Shown: positions 60,873-64,000 of the stretch, one piece after another
How the letters are laid out: each line of letters begins with the position of its first letter
Numbering within the stretch: the first letter of the stretch is position 1
From: Actinomycetota bacterium
GTDB lineage: Bacteria; Actinomycetota; Acidimicrobiia; Acidimicrobiales; MedAcidi-G1
Direction of reading: 5' to 3'
NCBI GenBank assembly: GCA_018673475.1
Contig: JABHCN010000010.1
Span: forward strand, 37,138-101,137
DNA: 64,000 bases
Program-made: the position numbers and the translations under genes
Notes under the pieces: model-generated
Told to the model about the DNA's origin: nothing
Seen by the model: the letters and a program-made list of their open reading frames with translations, nothing else
The model's database searches: none

Positions 60873-61334
60873 ATGGTTGAGGTAGTACCCGGCGTGTGGA
60901 GCGGACGGGCGTCGTCGTGGGGCCTGCTTCTGGTGGTATTGGGTGTGGCTGTCAGTGCGCTGTTCATGCCGGGGTTGGCACTGTGGGCCCGGGCCCTGGA
61001 GGCGGTCATTGCACTGATCGTGCTGTCCTTTTCGTCGGTGGTCGTACGCGTTGATGAACACGGCCTGAGCGTTGCGGTGGGGCCCGCCCGCTGGCCCCGC
61101 TGGAAGGTTCCGATTGCAGATGTGGCCGGTGCCGAGGTGATCGATCTCCGGCCGTTCAGCTACGGCGGCTGGGGCTACCGGGCCCGCCCGGGCGTGCGGG
61201 CGATTGTCATCAGGTCCGGCACCTCGCTGAAGGTCGATCGGCATGGAGCACCAGACCTGATCGTCACGGTCGATGATGCAGAGGCGGGGGCGGCTCTCCT
61301 GAACGGGCACGCCCGGAAATCCGGTAGGCACTGA
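60873..61334 (+). CDS. Hypothetical membrane protein (two N-terminal TM helices plus a small soluble domain)
   Basis: ORF with coding-like composition in a gap between annotated genes. I recognised no motif. Confidence 0.45.
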   Translation: MVEVVPGVWSGRASSWGLLLVVLGVAVSALFMPGLALWARALEAVIALIVLSFSSVVVRVDEHGLSVAVGPARWPRWKVPIADVAGAEVIDLRPFSYGGWGYRARPGVRAIVIRSGTSLKVDRHGAPDLIVTVDDAEAGAALLNGHARKSGRH

Positions 61335-61361
61335 CCTCCCCGCGACTGTAAGGCTGGGCCG

Positions 61362-62000
61362 ATGCCCCCGGTCGCAGCCCTTGTCGCCTTCGCCACACTT
61401 TCAATCATTCTGGTTCCCATTCCCGGGCCGAGCGTCATGTTCGTCATCAGCCGTGCCCTGTCACTGGGTCGCCGGGCGGCCCTGTTGACCGTGGTCGGAA
61501 ACGCCGGTGGCCTCTACCTGCAGGTTCTGCTGGTGGCGGTCGGCCTGGGTGCGGTGGTGGAGCGCTCGGTAGCTGCCTTCACGGTGGTCAAGTTGGTAGG
61601 CGCCGGCTATCTGGTATGGCTTGGCGTGCAGGCCGTCCGACACCGGAGGGAGCTCTCACAGGTTCTTGATGCCGCCGGTACTGTCCGGCGTCGGCGGTCA
61701 TTGGTGCTGGACGGATTCGTGGTTGGTCTGACGAATCCCAAGACGGTGCTGTTCTTCACGGCGATCCTGCCTCAGTTCGTTGAGGCCGGCGGGGCGCCTG
61801 CCTCCTCCCAGATGGCGGTGCTGGGCCTCGTGTTCGTGGTGATCGCTCTGGTTCTTGACAGTGCCTGGGGCCTGGTGGCGGGTATGGCAAGAACCTGGTT
61901 CGTGGGCTCGCCGCGTCGCCTCGAGAAGATCGGTGGAGCCGGAGGCCTTGTCATGGTTGGCCTTGGCGTATCGCTGGTTTTCTCCACACGCCAGGGTTGA
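61362..62000 (+). CDS. LysE/RhtB-family amino acid exporter
   Basis: 212 aa with six hydrophobic segments. LVPIPGPSVMFVISRALSLGRRAAL and GLTNPKTVLFF are typical LysE motifs. Confidence 0.85.
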   Translation: MPPVAALVAFATLSIILVPIPGPSVMFVISRALSLGRRAALLTVVGNAGGLYLQVLLVAVGLGAVVERSVAAFTVVKLVGAGYLVWLGVQAVRHRRELSQVLDAAGTVRRRRSLVLDGFVVGLTNPKTVLFFTAILPQFVEAGGAPASSQMAVLGLVFVVIALVLDSAWGLVAGMARTWFVGSPRRLEKIGGAGGLVMVGLGVSLVFSTRQG

Positions 62001-62010
62001 CGATCACGCC

Positions 62011-62559
62011 GTGAACAACGCCTTTGAGGAGTTTGCCGCGTTGATGGCCGATCTGGGACGGTGCAATTACGGCGAGAACGTGACCATCGCAGAGCACGCA
62101 CTCCTCACCGCGGCGGCCGCAGATGAGCAGGGATGCCCTGACTCTCTTGTCGCCGCTTGCCTCATGCACGACGTTGGGCACTGGTTGGGTGAACCCGATG
62201 ACGACTTCGGCATCTATTCCCACGCCGACAGTGGCGGAGCCTGGGTGGCCGAACGCTTTGGCCCGGCGGTTTCTGAACCGGTCCGCCTGCATGTGGCGGC
62301 GAAGCGCTTCCTGTGTGCACGTGATCCCGGCTACCACGACCGGCTGTCGCCGGCCTCGCAGTACACGCTCTCAATGCAGGGCGGGGTGATGTCAGACGTC
62401 GAGGTCGACGAGTTCGAGTCCAACGAGTTTGCCGACGATGCGGTTCGGCTGCGGATTCTGGAAGACGATCACGGCAAGCGGGCCGGTGTCGAGATTCCCC
62501 CTCTGGAACACTTCAGGGCCCTGCTTGAGTCCCTTGAGGCCCCCCGGGGCGCTCTCTGA
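62011..62559 (+). CDS. HD-domain protein, PhnZ-like (possible di-iron oxygenase or phosphohydrolase)
   Basis: Start at GTG 62011, after the LysE stop. IAEHALLTAAAA, CLMHDVGH, YSHADSGGAWVAERFGP and VRLHVAAKRFLC resemble the PhnZ-type HD family. Confidence 0.65.
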   Translation: MNNAFEEFAALMADLGRCNYGENVTIAEHALLTAAAADEQGCPDSLVAACLMHDVGHWLGEPDDDFGIYSHADSGGAWVAERFGPAVSEPVRLHVAAKRFLCARDPGYHDRLSPASQYTLSMQGGVMSDVEVDEFESNEFADDAVRLRILEDDHGKRAGVEIPPLEHFRALLESLEAPRGAL

Positions 62560-62620
62560 GGCTGGGATGACTGGTTGTGGACTTCGTGGTCACGGTGGTG
62601 TTGTCTTGTCGGAAGAAATA

Positions 62621-62636
62621 GGTCATAATATTGACC
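62621..62636. promoter_or_regulatory. Inverted repeat GGTCA-TAATAT-TGACC immediately upstream of the phd-like start codon (candidate operator or -10 region)
   Basis: Read directly. The AT-rich centre looks like a -10 element. Confidence 0.3.
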
Positions 62637-62637
62637 A

Positions 62638-62892
62638 ATGACTGACACGCTGCCGTTCTCCGAGGTGAAGACACATCTCTCAGAGCTGGCTGACCGGATA
62701 GAGGTCCAACACGATCGTGTTCTGGTAACCCGGAACGGACGGCCATCGTTTGTGATGGTCAGCCCCGATGATCTCGAGTCCCTCGAGGAGTCACTCGACA
62801 TCATGCGTGACGACGACCTCATGGCGTCGATTCGCCAGTCGCGGCAGGAAGCCGCCGAAGGACACCTGGAACCGTTGATCGACGACCGCTGA
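62638..62892 (+). CDS. Phd/YefM-family type II antitoxin
   Basis: 84 aa. LPFSEVKTHLSELADRIEVQHDRVLVTRNGRPSFVMVSPDDLESLEESL is the typical Phd/YefM fold signature. Confidence 0.85.
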   Translation: MTDTLPFSEVKTHLSELADRIEVQHDRVLVTRNGRPSFVMVSPDDLESLEESLDIMRDDDLMASIRQSRQEAAEGHLEPLIDDR

Positions 62893-62901
62893 GGTCGGGG
62901 T

Positions 62902-63165
62902 ATGTACGAAATCCTGGTAACCAGGGTCGCACGTCGACACCTCGACCAACTACCGGACAAGGTTCGTGCTGCAGCGCTTGAGACGGTCCACGGTGTGATC
63001 GCCCACAACCCCTACCGGGTTGGCAAGCCCCTGGTTGGCGAACTTGCCGGTCTGCAATCGGCGCGGCGCGGCGACTACAGAGTCGTCTACGAGATCCTCG
63101 AAGACGAGCAGGTCGTCGTGATCCACCGGATTCAGCACCGAAGGGATGTCTATCGGTCGCGCTGA
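62902..63165 (+). CDS. RelE/ParE-family type II toxin
   Basis: 87 aa. ARRHLDQLP, RRGDYRVVYEI..EQVVVIHRIQHRRDVY are typical RelE/ParE motifs. 9 nt after the antitoxin gene. Confidence 0.85.
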   Translation: MYEILVTRVARRHLDQLPDKVRAAALETVHGVIAHNPYRVGKPLVGELAGLQSARRGDYRVVYEILEDEQVVVIHRIQHRRDVYRSR

Positions 63166-63172
63166 ACTGTGA

Positions 63173-63913
63173 TCAGTGCTCTCTGAAGAGGCGGCCCAGG
63201 CCCTCGAGCCGATCGTCTATTCCGGCCAGGCGCAGGCAGTGCCACAGCATTGCCTGGTTGCTGGCCACACAGGGCTTGCCGGTGGCTTCCTCGATCTCGT
63301 CGATGACATCGACGGTGCGCAGCGCCCCGCAGCTCACGAAGATGGCATCGGCGTCGGGCCTGTCGACGCTGATGGCCAGGTCGCGGATGTAGTCGGGGGT
63401 GACCCTCACCATGTCTGCGTCGTAGGTGAGGCCCATGCCGACCAGGTCGAGCACCTCGTAGCCGAGGCCTTCCATGTAGTCGACCTCGATGCGGTTCACC
63501 TCGTCCAGATACGGGGTGGCTACCACCACCTTCCGGGCTCCGAGGGCCTCGAGGGCGGCGAACACGCCTGATACCAGCGTCGTTGGGACAGCCCCCGGAC
63601 GGCCCCTGGCCAACTCGGCACGTACGACGTCCTCGCCCATGACCACCGAACCCGACGTGCACGCGTAGCAGACAACGTCCAGGTCGCCGTCGGGAAGGAT
63701 CAACGCCGCTGAGTCGGCCAGCCCGTCAACCATGGCAGCAAGGTTGGCGGCGGTGACCTCGTTGGACATGGGAGCCCGTGAGAAGTGGATGCCCACGCCG
63801 GGTGGGGCGAGGTGCGTCATGTCCTCTTCGATGGTCTGCTCCATGGCCAGCAACACGAACCCCAGCCTGGCCCGGCTGTGGCGACCATCGTCGAAGTCGA
63901 TGTTGGGAAGCAT
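63173..63913 (-). CDS. Asp/Glu/hydantoin racemase-superfamily protein (maleate isomerase / EutA / arylmalonate decarboxylase-like)
   Basis: RLGFVLLAMEQTIEED, VVCYACTSGSVV and FVSCGALRT (the two catalytic Cys contexts of this superfamily). Confidence 0.72.
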   Translation of the reverse strand: MLPNIDFDDGRHSRARLGFVLLAMEQTIEEDMTHLAPPGVGIHFSRAPMSNEVTAANLAAMVDGLADSAALILPDGDLDVVCYACTSGSVVMGEDVVRAELARGRPGAVPTTLVSGVFAALEALGARKVVVATPYLDEVNRIEVDYMEGLGYEVLDLVGMGLTYDADMVRVTPDYIRDLAISVDRPDADAIFVSCGALRTVDVIDEIEEATGKPCVASNQAMLWHCLRLAGIDDRLEGLGRLFREH

Positions 63914-63915
63914 CC

Positions 63916-64000
63916 CTAGGCCATGACCAGGTCGAGGTTCGATCGGCTGAGGCGCTCACAGCCTCCGTCGGTGACGACGACGGTATGGCCGAGGGTCATT
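63916..64000 (-). CDS. C-terminal fragment of an M24-family (creatinase/Xaa-Pro peptidase/ectoine hydrolase-like) protein; rest outside window
   Basis: The minus-strand translation ends ...MTLGHTVVVTDGGCERLSRSNLDLVMA*, a typical M24 C-terminus. Only 28 codons are visible. Confidence 0.45.
   Translation of the reverse strand, partial: MTLGHTVVVTDGGCERLSRSNLDLVMA

Overview
High-GC bacterial chromosome segment. Gene content and frequent GTG/TTG starts with ATGA/GTGA/TGATG stop-start overlaps fit Actinomycetota; that placement is only a guess. I saw no rRNA, CRISPR array, transposase or integrase.

Layout:
- 1-13182: distal part of a 14-subunit complex I operon, nuoD (5' truncated) E F G H I J K L M N.
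- 13281-23851: 98 nt later, a second, diverged 11-gene set nuoABCDHIJKLMN with no nuoEFG.
- 23937-24887: a MidA/NDUFAF7-like methyltransferase directly after nuoN of set 2.
- 24955-29260: acs, a small HAD phosphatase with a start-codon problem, a 48-bp perfect direct repeat pair upstream of htpX, yajQ, and tRNA-Tyr(GTA) followed by a long hairpin.
- 29373-40206: accessory-looking catabolic genes. These are an ALDH / DHDPS-like / AspDH-like operon, a lower-GC metallophosphoesterase, a GMC oxidoreductase, a PhyH dioxygenase, a URO-D-like protein, a DUF1778-GNAT toxin-antitoxin pair and a Baeyer-Villiger monooxygenase.
- 40368-51212: a Thermus-style respiratory nitrate reductase cluster, narC (dihaem cytochrome c), narGHJI and two narK-type transporters.
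- 51290-59557: kynurenine formamidase-like and TDO-like genes, a Liv-type ABC transporter and an aryl-CoA ligase.
- 59931-64000: AEC and LysE exporters, a PhnZ-like HD protein, a Phd/RelE pair, and a racemase-family gene plus an M24 peptidase fragment at the edge.

Most interesting:
- The EFG-less second complex I set with the NDUFAF7-like gene attached.
- The narC-containing nar operon.
- The repeat structure upstream of htpX.
- Two genes whose conserved N-termini lie upstream of any canonical start codon.
- A TDO-family protein that appears to lack the distal histidine.

All functional calls come from reading the translations. No database search was run.
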